From: Magnetococcales bacterium
GTDB taxonomy: Bacteria; Pseudomonadota; Magnetococcia; Magnetococcales; JADFYX01
Assembly: GCA_015231305.1 (NCBI GenBank)
Contig: JADGBW010000005.1
Span: 1-63,603 of the forward strand
DNA length: 63,603 nt
Direction: 5' to 3'
Positions 47,128 through 56,697 of this stretch are shown piece after piece (the stretch's first letter is position 1; each line of letters starts with the position of its first letter). Both the position numbers and the translations under genes were made by a program. The notes beneath the pieces are model-generated. The model was not told the DNA's origin. It saw nothing but the letters and a program-made list of their open reading frames with translations, and did no database searches.

Positions 47128-47269
47128 GCTAAATCACACAATATCCGAGCTAAGGGTCAATTTATATTAAACCTCAACAATTATACCGCAGCTTGTATAA
47201 TAAACCAAGGAGCCAAGCCCGGATATTGTATGATATCAAGGTAACTCTCTTAAGAATTGGAGTATGCAT

Positions 47270-48091
47270 ATGCCAGAATTACCAGAGGTAGAGACAATTC
47301 GTCGAGGATTGACTCCTCTATTGATTAAACAGGAAATATCAGCAGTAACAACCCGCCGTAAAGACCTACGCTGGCCAATGCCAGGTAAGGAGCTTTCACT
47401 TGCTCTGCCGGGAAATATTATTGAAGATGTGTTACGTCGGGGTAAATATTTATTAATGCCCATTGATAGTGGCTGTTTAATTATCCATTTAGGTATGTCT
47501 GGTGTATTGCGCCATCATCAAAAAAATATTCCATTTATCAAACATGACCATTTTGATATTGCATTTAAAAATGGCAGCCACCTGCGGTTAAACGACCCCA
47601 GGCGATTTGGTGCGGTTCTTTGGACCACTGACCCAATCCAAGAACATCCTCTACTGACCAAGTTGGGGCCAGAACCTTTAGAAGAAGGTTTTAGTAGTGA
47701 CTATCTATTTAAGAAATCTAGAGGGCGAAAAGGGGGGATAAAAAGCTTTTTAATGGATTCTCATGTTGTGGTGGGAGCAGGCAATATATATGCTGCTGAA
47801 TCTTTGTTTATTGCAAAAATAAATCCTCTTCGTGCTGCGGGAAACTTAAGCAAAAAAGATTGTGAAAGGTTGGTGGCAGCAATAAAAAAAATATTGTTAT
47901 CATCAATTGAGCAAGGGGGAACCACCCTTAAAGATTTTCGTAATGAAGATGGCAAACCAGGATATTTTCAGCAGTCGTTAAATGTTTATGGCAGAGGAGG
48001 TCAAGAGTGTGTGGTCTGTGCTACGACTATTGAGCAATATCGTTCGGGTGGTAGAGCTACAGCTTTTTGTCCAAAGTGTCAGAAAAATTAA
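47270..48091 (+). CDS. mutM: Formamidopyrimidine-DNA glycosylase
   Basis: MPELPEVET, RRGKYL, HLGMSG, GAGNIYA.ESLF, C-terminal zinc finger CPKCQ. Confidence 0.97.
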   Translation: MPELPEVETIRRGLTPLLIKQEISAVTTRRKDLRWPMPGKELSLALPGNIIEDVLRRGKYLLMPIDSGCLIIHLGMSGVLRHHQKNIPFIKHDHFDIAFKNGSHLRLNDPRRFGAVLWTTDPIQEHPLLTKLGPEPLEEGFSSDYLFKKSRGRKGGIKSFLMDSHVVVGAGNIYAAESLFIAKINPLRAAGNLSKKDCERLVAAIKKILLSSIEQGGTTLKDFRNEDGKPGYFQQSLNVYGRGGQECVVCATTIEQYRSGGRATAFCPKCQKN

Positions 48092-48140
48092 CTCTCATAT
48101 AAGCCTAAACAATAAAGGCTATTTCTAGGTTTATTTTAAC

Positions 48141-49028
48141 TTAATTTGTCTTGCTGCCAACCTGTTCACCCCAACGCAGTTTTTCACGCAAGACAGAATA
48201 ATAGTTTCTATTGTCAGCATGTAACACTCGCAAATGATGCTTGGACTGTTTGATTAATAGCTTATCTCCCTCTCGCAGGGGGAAACCAGTTTGACCATCA
48301 AGTGTTAAACGTTGATCAATGCTGCTCTCGGCACTGAGAGTGACCGATATAATGCCATCTCCAGGTACAGCAATTGGTCTATTGGTTAAGGTGTGAGGGC
48401 AGATTGGCACAATAAGAATTGTATTTAAGGTTGGGTGTATAATAGGACCGCCAGCAGATAGAGAGTAGGCTGTAGAACCTGTGGGGCTGGAAATAATTAA
48501 ACCATCGGCACGGCTAGAGAAGACAAACTGGTTATCTATAGCAACATGATACTCTAACATTCTAGCCAATGCTCCTTTATGAATGACTGCATCATTCAAG
48601 ACTAAATGCTTTAAAATTTCCTTGTTTTTTCGTTGAATTCTAACTGCAAGCAGCATGCGTTTTTCTATTTGATAACGACCAGTTAACACCTCTGCCATAG
48701 TTTCTAACATGGAATCTTTGGTAACTTCTGTTAAAAACCCCAAACGGCCCATGTTTATACCCAATAGAGGGGTTTTTGTTGTGCCAACTGACCTACATGC
48801 AGCAATAAATGTCCCATCTCCACCAATTACTACTACTAAATCTCTATTATGTGGTAGTTTGTCTTGGTCAGCAGGTGAGGCAATTTTTTTTGCTATTTTT
48901 GCATCCTTAGCAGTCTCTTTGGTAATTGTGACCTTACACCCCTGTTTGTGTAGCCATTTAGCTAGTTTAGCTGTGGCTTTTAGTGCTTGTGGATCAGATA
49001 ATTTTGTAATGATACCAATATCGCGCAT
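48141..49028 (-). CDS. nadK: NAD kinase
   Basis: GGDGT, GINMGRLGFL, LND, DGLIISSPTGSTAYSLSAGGP. Confidence 0.95.
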   Translation of the reverse strand: MRDIGIITKLSDPQALKATAKLAKWLHKQGCKVTITKETAKDAKIAKKIASPADQDKLPHNRDLVVVIGGDGTFIAACRSVGTTKTPLLGINMGRLGFLTEVTKDSMLETMAEVLTGRYQIEKRMLLAVRIQRKNKEILKHLVLNDAVIHKGALARMLEYHVAIDNQFVFSSRADGLIISSPTGSTAYSLSAGGPIIHPTLNTILIVPICPHTLTNRPIAVPGDGIISVTLSAESSIDQRLTLDGQTGFPLREGDKLLIKQSKHHLRVLHADNRNYYSVLREKLRWGEQVGSKTN

Positions 49029-49144
49029 GGTTAAATCGTCTTCTTATAAAATAAATAAATTGCCCAATAACCAATGCAACCATACACTAAGATTCTTATA
49101 ACCCCAAATGAGTTGATTAATTCTTTATAGGTATTAGTGTATTT

Positions 49145-49957
49145 ATGGATAATAAAATTGTAGATCAAGATCAAGGACCATTAACGGATGTCCAGGCACG
49201 CAAGGATCATCGCATGCTTGATATAGACAAGGTTGGGGTTAAAGACATACGTTATCCTATTATCGTTCGTGACCGAAGCAGAGGCGAGCAGAACACCATT
49301 GCTCATATAAATATGTATGTCAAACTACCTCACCTTTTCAAGGGGACACATATGTCCCGTTTTTTGGAGGTGTTGGCGGAATATGATCAAGCAATTTCAG
49401 TTGCCAGTTTGCCAGATCTTCTTGAGAAAATTCGTAGTCGTCTAGATGCTGAAGAGGCTCACATAGAGCTGCATTTCCCTTATTTTGTTAAAAAAGTTGC
49501 ACCGGTAAGTAAAGCCGCTGCGTTGATGGACTATGAAATTGAATTTTTAGGTGTACTAACAGGTGATAAATACATATTGACTGTAAAAGTTATGATTCCT
49601 GTTACTTCTTTATGTCCATGTTCAAAAGAGATATCTGACGCTGGTGCTCACAATCAACGTTCACATGTTACGGTATCTTTACAATTTAAAAGCTTTTTGT
49701 GGGTAGAAGAGATCATAGATCTGGTAGAGGAGAACGCCTCATGTCAGCTCTATACAATTTTAAAAAGGCCAGACGAAAAATTTGTCACCGAGCAGGCCTA
49801 TAACAATCCACAATTTGTAGAGGATATGGTACGTTCTGTTGCTGCTGATTTGGAAAAAGATAGCCGGGTGAGCTGGTTTACGGTAGAATCAGAAAATTTT
49901 GAGTCAATTCACAACCATTCTGCCTATGCTATGATTGAAGGCGGAGAAAAAGAGTAG
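49145..49957 (+). CDS. folE2: GTP cyclohydrolase IB
   Basis: KGTHMSRF, SLCPCSK, GAHNQRS, KRPDEK, FVEDMVR, ESIHNH. Confidence 0.95.
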   Translation: MDNKIVDQDQGPLTDVQARKDHRMLDIDKVGVKDIRYPIIVRDRSRGEQNTIAHINMYVKLPHLFKGTHMSRFLEVLAEYDQAISVASLPDLLEKIRSRLDAEEAHIELHFPYFVKKVAPVSKAAALMDYEIEFLGVLTGDKYILTVKVMIPVTSLCPCSKEISDAGAHNQRSHVTVSLQFKSFLWVEEIIDLVEENASCQLYTILKRPDEKFVTEQAYNNPQFVEDMVRSVAADLEKDSRVSWFTVESENFESIHNHSAYAMIEGGEKE

Positions 49958-49964
49958 TAATGCC

Positions 49965-51680
49965 ATGCGTTTAAGTAAAACCTTATTGCCAACCCTAAAA
50001 GAAGACCCTGTAGAGGCACAGATAGTATCCCATAAATTGATGCTTCGTGCTGGTATGATCCGTCAACTTGGAGCAGGTATATATAACTGGCTGCCTTTGG
50101 GCCTGCGTGTCTTGCGTAAGGTAGAAAATATAGTTAGACAAGAGATGGATAAAGCTGGTGCTCAAGAGGTGTTGATGCCTGCGGTACAACCAGCTGAGTT
50201 ATGGCAAGAGACAGGTCGTTGGGAACAATACGGAGTGGAGCTATTACGTTTCAAAGATCGTGGTGGCAGAGATTTTTGTTTTGGCCCTACCCATGAAGAG
50301 GTAATCACCGATCTGGTACGAAATGAGCTGCGCTCTTATAAACAGTTGCCAGCAAATTTTTATCAAATTCAAAGCAAATTTCGTGATGAAGTTAGACCCC
50401 GTTTTGGTATTATGCGAGGCAGGGAATTTTTAATGAAGGATGCTTACTCATATGATCTAGATCAAGAGAGCCTTGATAATAGCTATGATCTTATGTTTAA
50501 AGCTTACCAGAATATATTTAAAAGTTGTGGGCTGTCTTTTAGGGCTGTAGAAGCTGATACTGGTGCAATTGGAGGTTCAGACTCCCATGAGTTCCATGTG
50601 TTAGCTGAGTCTGGTGAAGATGCTATAGCGTCTTGTAACAGCTGCGATTACGCTGCTAATCTAGAAAAAGCTGAAGCAGGAACACCAAAAGCTATACCTA
50701 GCCCTACAAAAGAGCAAATGCAGAAGATTGCAACTCCCGAAGCTAAAACCATTGATGAAGTATCTGAATTTTTTACTGTAACTCCTGATAAAACAGTTAA
50801 ATCGTTGTTAGTTAAGACAGACGAAGGGCCGTTTATGTTGCTTCTTCGTGGAGATCACGAGCTAAACGAAATTAAGGCTTCTAACTTTTTAGATGGTAAT
50901 AATTTTAGTTTATTGGAACCTGAAGAAGTAAAAAATATAACAGGGGTAAGTGTGGGTTCACTAGGACCTGTTGGAGCAAAACTACCTGTTATAGCCGATT
51001 TATCTCTTGCCAATAACAGTGGCTTTATCTGTGGGGCAAATGAAGATGGCTATCATCTAACAGGGGTAAATTGGGAACGTGATTTACCCAAACCTAAGTT
51101 TGCTGATCTACGCAATGTCCAAGTTGGTGACTCTTGCTCGCGTTGTGGTTCTGGCACTTTAAGATTAGATAGGGGTATTGAAGTAGGCCATGTGTTTAAA
51201 CTTGGCGATAAATATACAAAGTCTATGGGTATGACAGTGTTAAACCAATTAGGCCGGGAACAGACCCCATTAATGGGTTGTTACGGTATTGGTGTATCAC
51301 GTATTGTGGCAGCAGCTATAGAGCAAAACCACGACGATAACGGCATTGTATGGCCTATATCTTTAGCCCCATTTCATGTTGAGATATTGCTTATCAACCC
51401 CAAAGAAGAAGCAGCAGCAAATTTAGCAAATGACATCTATAAACAGTTGCAAGATAGCGGTCTTGAGCCACTACTTGATGATAGGAATGAACGTATTGGG
51501 GTTAAGTTTAAAGATGCAGATTTAATTGGCGCACCCATAAGGGTTGTTATTGGTGGTCGTGGTATAAAGGAGGGAGCGGTTGAAGTACAGAGCCGTGTTG
51601 ATGGCTCATCTGAAAAGGTGGTTTTAGATAAGGTTGCTGAATTGCTGATCAACCGTGCTAAGAATTTGTTGAGTGTTTAG
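49965..51680 (+). CDS. proS: Proline-tRNA ligase with editing insertion
   Basis: SHKLMLRAG, GPTHEE, FRDEVRPRFG, GIEVGHVF, MGCYGIG, KFKDADLIG. Confidence 0.97.
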   Translation: MRLSKTLLPTLKEDPVEAQIVSHKLMLRAGMIRQLGAGIYNWLPLGLRVLRKVENIVRQEMDKAGAQEVLMPAVQPAELWQETGRWEQYGVELLRFKDRGGRDFCFGPTHEEVITDLVRNELRSYKQLPANFYQIQSKFRDEVRPRFGIMRGREFLMKDAYSYDLDQESLDNSYDLMFKAYQNIFKSCGLSFRAVEADTGAIGGSDSHEFHVLAESGEDAIASCNSCDYAANLEKAEAGTPKAIPSPTKEQMQKIATPEAKTIDEVSEFFTVTPDKTVKSLLVKTDEGPFMLLLRGDHELNEIKASNFLDGNNFSLLEPEEVKNITGVSVGSLGPVGAKLPVIADLSLANNSGFICGANEDGYHLTGVNWERDLPKPKFADLRNVQVGDSCSRCGSGTLRLDRGIEVGHVFKLGDKYTKSMGMTVLNQLGREQTPLMGCYGIGVSRIVAAAIEQNHDDNGIVWPISLAPFHVEILLINPKEEAAANLANDIYKQLQDSGLEPLLDDRNERIGVKFKDADLIGAPIRVVIGGRGIKEGAVEVQSRVDGSSEKVVLDKVAELLINRAKNLLSV

Positions 51681-51721
51681 TATGGAGACAGGCTTGTTTC
51701 CATATCTTAAGGAGGGTGGTT

Positions 51722-52093
51722 ATGATAGCTGATAGTGGAGGTCTGTCAGGCTCTGATAAAGTTGTATTGGATGAGCAAGCTAAAAAGGCTTTTGCCAAAC
51801 AAATATCCAGTGGAGCCAAAGATAGTATGCGTGATTTGGTCCGGGTTATGCTGCCTGAGATAGCCCAAAAAATCGTGCAAGAGGAGATTGTCCGTATTCA
51901 TGCCCAAGAACGCTCTGCTGATATTGATAGTGAGCACCTAACTAATGCTGTACGTGAAGCCTTTGCTCCTCAAGTTGAGACTATTGCCCGTGATATGGTG
52001 AAAGAGTTAGTCGCCGAGATGCTGCCAAAATTAGCCGAAGAGATGGTTCTTGGTGAAATTGAGCGGATAAAAAATCAAGGTATTGAGGAATAA
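51722..52093 (+). CDS. Small helical protein with PopZ/DUF2497-like C-terminal motif
   Basis: AAGGAGG RBS; two copies of L..xMLP.(I/L)A...V..EI.RI. Confidence 0.55.
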   Translation: MIADSGGLSGSDKVVLDEQAKKAFAKQISSGAKDSMRDLVRVMLPEIAQKIVQEEIVRIHAQERSADIDSEHLTNAVREAFAPQVETIARDMVKELVAEMLPKLAEEMVLGEIERIKNQGIEE

Positions 52094-52102
52094 GCAACAT
52101 CT

Positions 52103-53146
52103 GTGATGATTAAAACCTTAACTAAAAATCTAGTTTGGTATAGAGATAAATTGGTTAGGCATATTGTGCAAAATGGGCCATTTTTTGCGCAAAGATTAAT
52201 AGTAAAAATTGTAGCAAAACCCCACATTGCAAAATATAGAGGTGTGAATAACCAGGGACCAGAGATGTTTGAAACGGTCTTTTTTGAGCTACGCACTAGG
52301 TGTAACTCTCACTGTGCTTTTTGTGCAGGCTCTGTTGAAAATGAAAAACGTCCCGACCAAGACATGCCTTTTGCTGTCTTTAAAAAAGGTATAGATAACT
52401 TAAAAAATGTGGGCTTCACAGGACGTGTTGCCTTCCATATTACCAGTGAACCTCTCCTATTTCCTGACCTTCCAGCTTATATTTCATATGCCAGAGAACA
52501 GTTGCCAAAAGTTTGGTTACAACTACTTACCAATGGTCGCAAACTAAACCCTAGCAATGGATCTGCAGTTTTAGACGCTGGTATAAATGAGATAACAGTA
52601 AACTATTATAACGATGAATGTGCTGACAACCACGATCTACCTTTACCACAAAATATTCAAAAATTTGAGAGTGAAGTATTGGCAAAACGTTTTAAAAATG
52701 ATGAGGTAACAACAGGCCATGGCCCAGACCCCATTAAAGGGTTTGGAGTTTTTCGTTATAACTGTAACCGCCGACGAGAGAATGAAATTTTATCTAACCA
52801 AACAGGCTCTTCGCCAAATAAAGGTAAGGTAACAGAAAATAATTTCTTGGGATTTTGTCACTCTCCTTTAACAGATTTCCACATCACAACCGACGGCTCT
52901 GTAAGTAAATGCTCCAAAGATGTCTATTTTTCTGATCCTATGGGCAATATAATGGATGAAGACATTATGGATATTTGGAATGGTATTCGTTTTCGTGCTG
53001 TGCACCATATGTTATTGGCAAATGACCGTAATGCAAATGAGATGTGCCGTGGCTGTGATTATCCCGGTTTTAAAACCATACACGGTAATAAAGATATTTT
53101 AAAACGTATTTTACAACACTCAATTTATGGGCGAGAAAGACAATAA
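52103..53146 (+). CDS. Radical SAM protein with SPASM/twitch domain
   Basis: CNSHCAFC, SEPLL, TNG; C-terminal CHSP..DG.V..C..D..GNI..CRGC. Confidence 0.88.
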   Translation: MMIKTLTKNLVWYRDKLVRHIVQNGPFFAQRLIVKIVAKPHIAKYRGVNNQGPEMFETVFFELRTRCNSHCAFCAGSVENEKRPDQDMPFAVFKKGIDNLKNVGFTGRVAFHITSEPLLFPDLPAYISYAREQLPKVWLQLLTNGRKLNPSNGSAVLDAGINEITVNYYNDECADNHDLPLPQNIQKFESEVLAKRFKNDEVTTGHGPDPIKGFGVFRYNCNRRRENEILSNQTGSSPNKGKVTENNFLGFCHSPLTDFHITTDGSVSKCSKDVYFSDPMGNIMDEDIMDIWNGIRFRAVHHMLLANDRNANEMCRGCDYPGFKTIHGNKDILKRILQHSIYGRERQ

Positions 53147-54120
53147 TGCAGTTACAAGTCGCTATTATAGGGACTTCAGGTATTGTTCCTTATCATATCA
53201 AAAGATTACACAAAATATCGGGTGTAACATGTCGGTGGATTCACAGCCGAAACCAAGCACGCGCTCTTAAGTTTGCTAAAGAAAATGGTGTGCTAAACGG
53301 TACAGACTCATTAGCAGATATTTTAGAAGATGATGCAGTTGATATTTTGATGGTTTTTAATGAACCAACCAGACATGTTGATATTGCAACTCAAGGTTTG
53401 GCAGCAGGTAAGCATATTCTACTTGAAAAACCATTGGATGTGGATATTACCAAAGCTGAGGCACTGCTCGTTGCGGCTAAAAGTTCTAAAAAAATAGTTG
53501 GTGTAGTGTCCCAATATCGTTTTGACCCTCTATTGCAACAGATGAAAAATACTTTAACAAATGAGGCTAAGGATCTACCAAAAACCGCTTCGTTAATGAT
53601 TGTTAAAAATCGCAACCAGAAATACTATGAATGGGGAACCAAGTGGCGTCTTACAGATAGCCCAGCTTTTATGAATCAGGGGATCCACTGGCTTGATGTT
53701 CTTAATTGGTTTTTTGGTGAGCCTACACAGGTTCGCTCTACTGCAACCATAACCAGGCCTTTTTTACAGTGTGCCGATATGGGGGCTGCCCTTATCGATT
53801 ATCCCGGCAATGTATCCGTAGTGGTTAACGGAGGTACTTTTTCAAAGGAAAACTTGGATGATCAATTTACCATTATCCACCCCAACGGAAGTTTGGATTA
53901 TCAAACCTTAAAAGGTCCAAAGCCTCCAAAAAATTTCCGTGAGCGTTTAGGGCGAAAGTTGTTAAAAGAGCCAGTTTGGGGCGCACCAGACTGCGATATA
54001 CAACAGTTGGCTATGGAAGACTATATAGCGGCCGTTAGAGAACAACGTGAGCCTGTTTGCTCTCTTGCTAACGGTCTGTCGGCTTTAAAGCTAGCACTTG
54101 CTCTTAGTGAAGTTGGCTAG
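53146..54120 (+). CDS. Gfo/Idh/MocA-family oxidoreductase
   Basis: VAIIGT, AGKHILLEKP, QYRF, NQGIHWLD; TAATG coupling to the radical SAM gene. Confidence 0.88.
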   Translation: MQLQVAIIGTSGIVPYHIKRLHKISGVTCRWIHSRNQARALKFAKENGVLNGTDSLADILEDDAVDILMVFNEPTRHVDIATQGLAAGKHILLEKPLDVDITKAEALLVAAKSSKKIVGVVSQYRFDPLLQQMKNTLTNEAKDLPKTASLMIVKNRNQKYYEWGTKWRLTDSPAFMNQGIHWLDVLNWFFGEPTQVRSTATITRPFLQCADMGAALIDYPGNVSVVVNGGTFSKENLDDQFTIIHPNGSLDYQTLKGPKPPKNFRERLGRKLLKEPVWGAPDCDIQQLAMEDYIAAVREQREPVCSLANGLSALKLALALSEVG

Positions 54121-54998
54121 TTAACGCTTAATAGCTCTTCTTTATTTATAGTCTCTAAATTAAAATCACCTAGTATCTCATAAGCCATGGCAATTCTGTT
54201 TGCTCTTATCTCTTTGTTACAAGAGAGTGGCATGAGGGACTTTTCCTGTTTTTTTGCCAAATTTCTATTGTAAACCGGATGGTCCTTATCTTGATGATAA
54301 GCTGTTACCATATTGTTTAAATTGGTAAGCAGAATATCCTCGGCAGTTGGCCTATAAGTACGTACAAATGCTGTTAAGAAATCCATTTTATTTAAAGAAA
54401 AACTGTTTTTCTCATGCATTTTTTCTAGGCAAATAGCCAATACATCGCAACTTTTGCTATTGCTCCAAACTGGTCGTCTGGCAAGGCAGAAAGCATGGTC
54501 ACGGTTTTCACTGTCCACCACTGTTTCTAGTAGCTCAGCAATATTTTGGGATACTTCGCTGGTTAACCCTAAAAGACGAATATAACGTTCAATTATAATA
54601 TCGGGTATAGCCATAGAGCCTGAATTAAGTCCGTAAACTACTGGGCAGGAGAGCTTTTCTTTAGAAAGTTGCAAATAAAGTTCATTGCAAGTTTCTGCAG
54701 TAATACCAGAAGGTGATAGAGCTGCTTCACACATGGCTCTATCATCATTACTAGGAGTAAAAAGAGGTGATAGCAGTAATTCAGCTTCATACTCTTCAAT
54801 TTCTGCTACACCGCCAGAGTCCAAGCCATCAATTGCATCATCAACATCAAGAAGGATAATAATAGCGGTTGCTGTTTTAGCCGTCAGAGTTCGCTCTGCA
54901 ACCAAAAGATCTCTTACAACGTTAAATAACTTTTGATCAACTGGCATGCTATTCATAGGGAGGTATTTACTCGTATGTCTTATTGTTTGTAGGGCCAT
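54117..54998 (-). CDS. Hypothetical protein
   Basis: 293-aa ORF with GAGG RBS; no motif recognised. Confidence 0.7.
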   Translation of the reverse strand: MALQTIRHTSKYLPMNSMPVDQKLFNVVRDLLVAERTLTAKTATAIIILLDVDDAIDGLDSGGVAEIEEYEAELLLSPLFTPSNDDRAMCEAALSPSGITAETCNELYLQLSKEKLSCPVVYGLNSGSMAIPDIIIERYIRLLGLTSEVSQNIAELLETVVDSENRDHAFCLARRPVWSNSKSCDVLAICLEKMHEKNSFSLNKMDFLTAFVRTYRPTAEDILLTNLNNMVTAYHQDKDHPVYNRNLAKKQEKSLMPLSCNKEIRANRIAMAYEILGDFNLETINKEELLSVN

Positions 54999-55080
54999 TG
55001 TTTGTATACCTCATTAAATATCAGGTTTATACTAACAAATAAGACTTACTACAAAGATAAAAGTTCACATAATAATTGGC

Positions 55081-55139
55081 TATTAATAATTAACAAAACC
55101 CGGATATTTATAAAAAATCCGGGTTTTGTTTTATTAATA
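55081..55139 (-). terminator. Hairpin terminator after the EAL gene
   Basis: AACAAAACCCGGAT / ATCCGGGTTTTGTT perfect stem, extended by TATTAATAA/TTATTAATA. Confidence 0.75.
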
Positions 55140-55141
55140 TT

Positions 55142-56464
55142 TTAGTCGAGAATCATGCCCTCTAGTCGTTCAAGGTCACAACAAAGGACAAAATTTTCAT
55201 CATTCTTGTTTACGGTCATAGATAGGGTTGTGCAAACATTAAGGCTGATATTAGAACGATAGGGCTGAGAGAGGTGTACCACACCTGGTTTACGCATAGC
55301 ATCTTGAAATGGGGTTCTACGAGTCCAAGTTGCACCTTCTGTATCTGCCATAGGTTTGTAGCGTTGGTCTAGGCAAGCGACTCCATCGTTAGGGAAGTGG
55401 TTTGCACTAACTTGCACACCTTTGTTGTTCAGTAGATAGACACGCTCTACACGTTTTAATCTGAGTAGGCTTCTTGTTGCACTTTCCATGGGAACACCGT
55501 CAGCAAGAGACCACCCACACTCCATGAACTCATTGGTGAAGTTTGCCATTTCAAGGTTGTGACGACGCTCTTCGGTAAGAAATTCAACTTCACAGCGGTT
55601 ACGGATAGTTTGAAAATTATTGTCAAACTCATCTTCAGCATTGTCTGGTCTACGTACTGGTTTATCACTGAGATCTCCCCAGAAACGGCCTTGCAGAAAA
55701 TCTGCATGGAGACGCATTGCTGTGAATGACTCCTCTTCTGTTTCAATTTTTTCAACAAGAACCAAACTACCTGATGCGTGAATCAGGGATATTAGTTTGT
55801 AGAACATCCTTTTAGCGCGAGAGTCGCTCAAAGCATTTTCTAGAAAATCACGGTCAAGTTTTACAATATCTGGATGGAGTTGCCATAGACGATCCAAGTT
55901 GGCAGAGTCGCCACCAAAATCATCAAACATCACCAAACAGCCCAACCTTTGCAGGTTTTTAATGGTTGCTGTAAGTACTGTATCGTAGTTGCCTTGGTGC
56001 TCTCTAAGGGCTACAACAACTTGACTAGCTGGAACACCAGTATGTTCTAAAACTTCTTGTAAAAATTCAACATCGGGATCTTGGCGGCCCAACATGATTT
56101 TAGAGTGTATGTTAACAAACAACCAACGGTCTTCAATTCCGGCTTTTGCAAAATTCTTTATATGTAGTAACAGCCTTAAACGATCTAGTTGTAATCTGTC
56201 CTCATCACTTGTTGCATTTGCAAATAGGGTTGTTGCCCCTACCAGCTTTCCTGATCTATCTTTTCCGCGCATAAATGCTTCAAAACCAACTCCACGTTGG
56301 TGAGATGCACTGAAAATACGCTGGAACTGAGAACAGAGTTTATAAGAAGAGAAGTCAGCCTCATAATTTCCATTATTTTCATGGATAGACTTCTCTAAAA
56401 TTTCAATTGAACGCCCACCAAAAAGACCAGTTAAAGCTTCGGGACTAGAGGAACTTTCAGACAT
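55142..56464 (-). CDS. EAL-domain protein with C-terminal EAL-associated (YkuI-like) sensor domain
   Basis: FQRIF, GFEAFMR, LFVNI, DDFG, PDIVKLDR, EKIET, QG; C-terminal W..R..F..A...PG....SQPY. Confidence 0.85.
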   Translation of the reverse strand: MSESSSSPEALTGLFGGRSIEILEKSIHENNGNYEADFSSYKLCSQFQRIFSASHQRGVGFEAFMRGKDRSGKLVGATTLFANATSDEDRLQLDRLRLLLHIKNFAKAGIEDRWLFVNIHSKIMLGRQDPDVEFLQEVLEHTGVPASQVVVALREHQGNYDTVLTATIKNLQRLGCLVMFDDFGGDSANLDRLWQLHPDIVKLDRDFLENALSDSRAKRMFYKLISLIHASGSLVLVEKIETEEESFTAMRLHADFLQGRFWGDLSDKPVRRPDNAEDEFDNNFQTIRNRCEVEFLTEERRHNLEMANFTNEFMECGWSLADGVPMESATRSLLRLKRVERVYLLNNKGVQVSANHFPNDGVACLDQRYKPMADTEGATWTRRTPFQDAMRKPGVVHLSQPYRSNISLNVCTTLSMTVNKNDENFVLCCDLERLEGMILD

Positions 56465-56616
56465 ATATATCTCCCATTCAAGGTGTTTTGCACCTAATTT
56501 TTATAGCTATTAATTTTCGACACTGTCATTTCACTCTATCCCAAGCAAAAAGTCAGCAAAAAAATGCATCTATTATAAAAAAAAATTAATTTTTACCTAG
56601 ATTCAGTATTCAGCCC

Positions 56617-56650
56617 TAAAAAAGCCATCCCAAAAGAAGGATGGCTATTT
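56617..56650 (-). terminator. Intrinsic terminator after the oxidoreductase operon
   Basis: AGCCATCC/GGATGGCT stem with an A-run on its left (U-run on the minus strand). Confidence 0.75.
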
Positions 56651-56697
56651 TATGATATCAAGTTAACTGAATATTATTAAACCTCGATTAGAATCAA

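Noticed and set aside
55092-55130. CCCGGATATTT match to the family-A end
   Set aside because: Short match within a hairpin right after a stop codon; better explained as a terminator.
56596-56604. Lone CCTAGATTC like the family-B end
   Set aside because: Only 9 bp, with no partner end or internal similarity.
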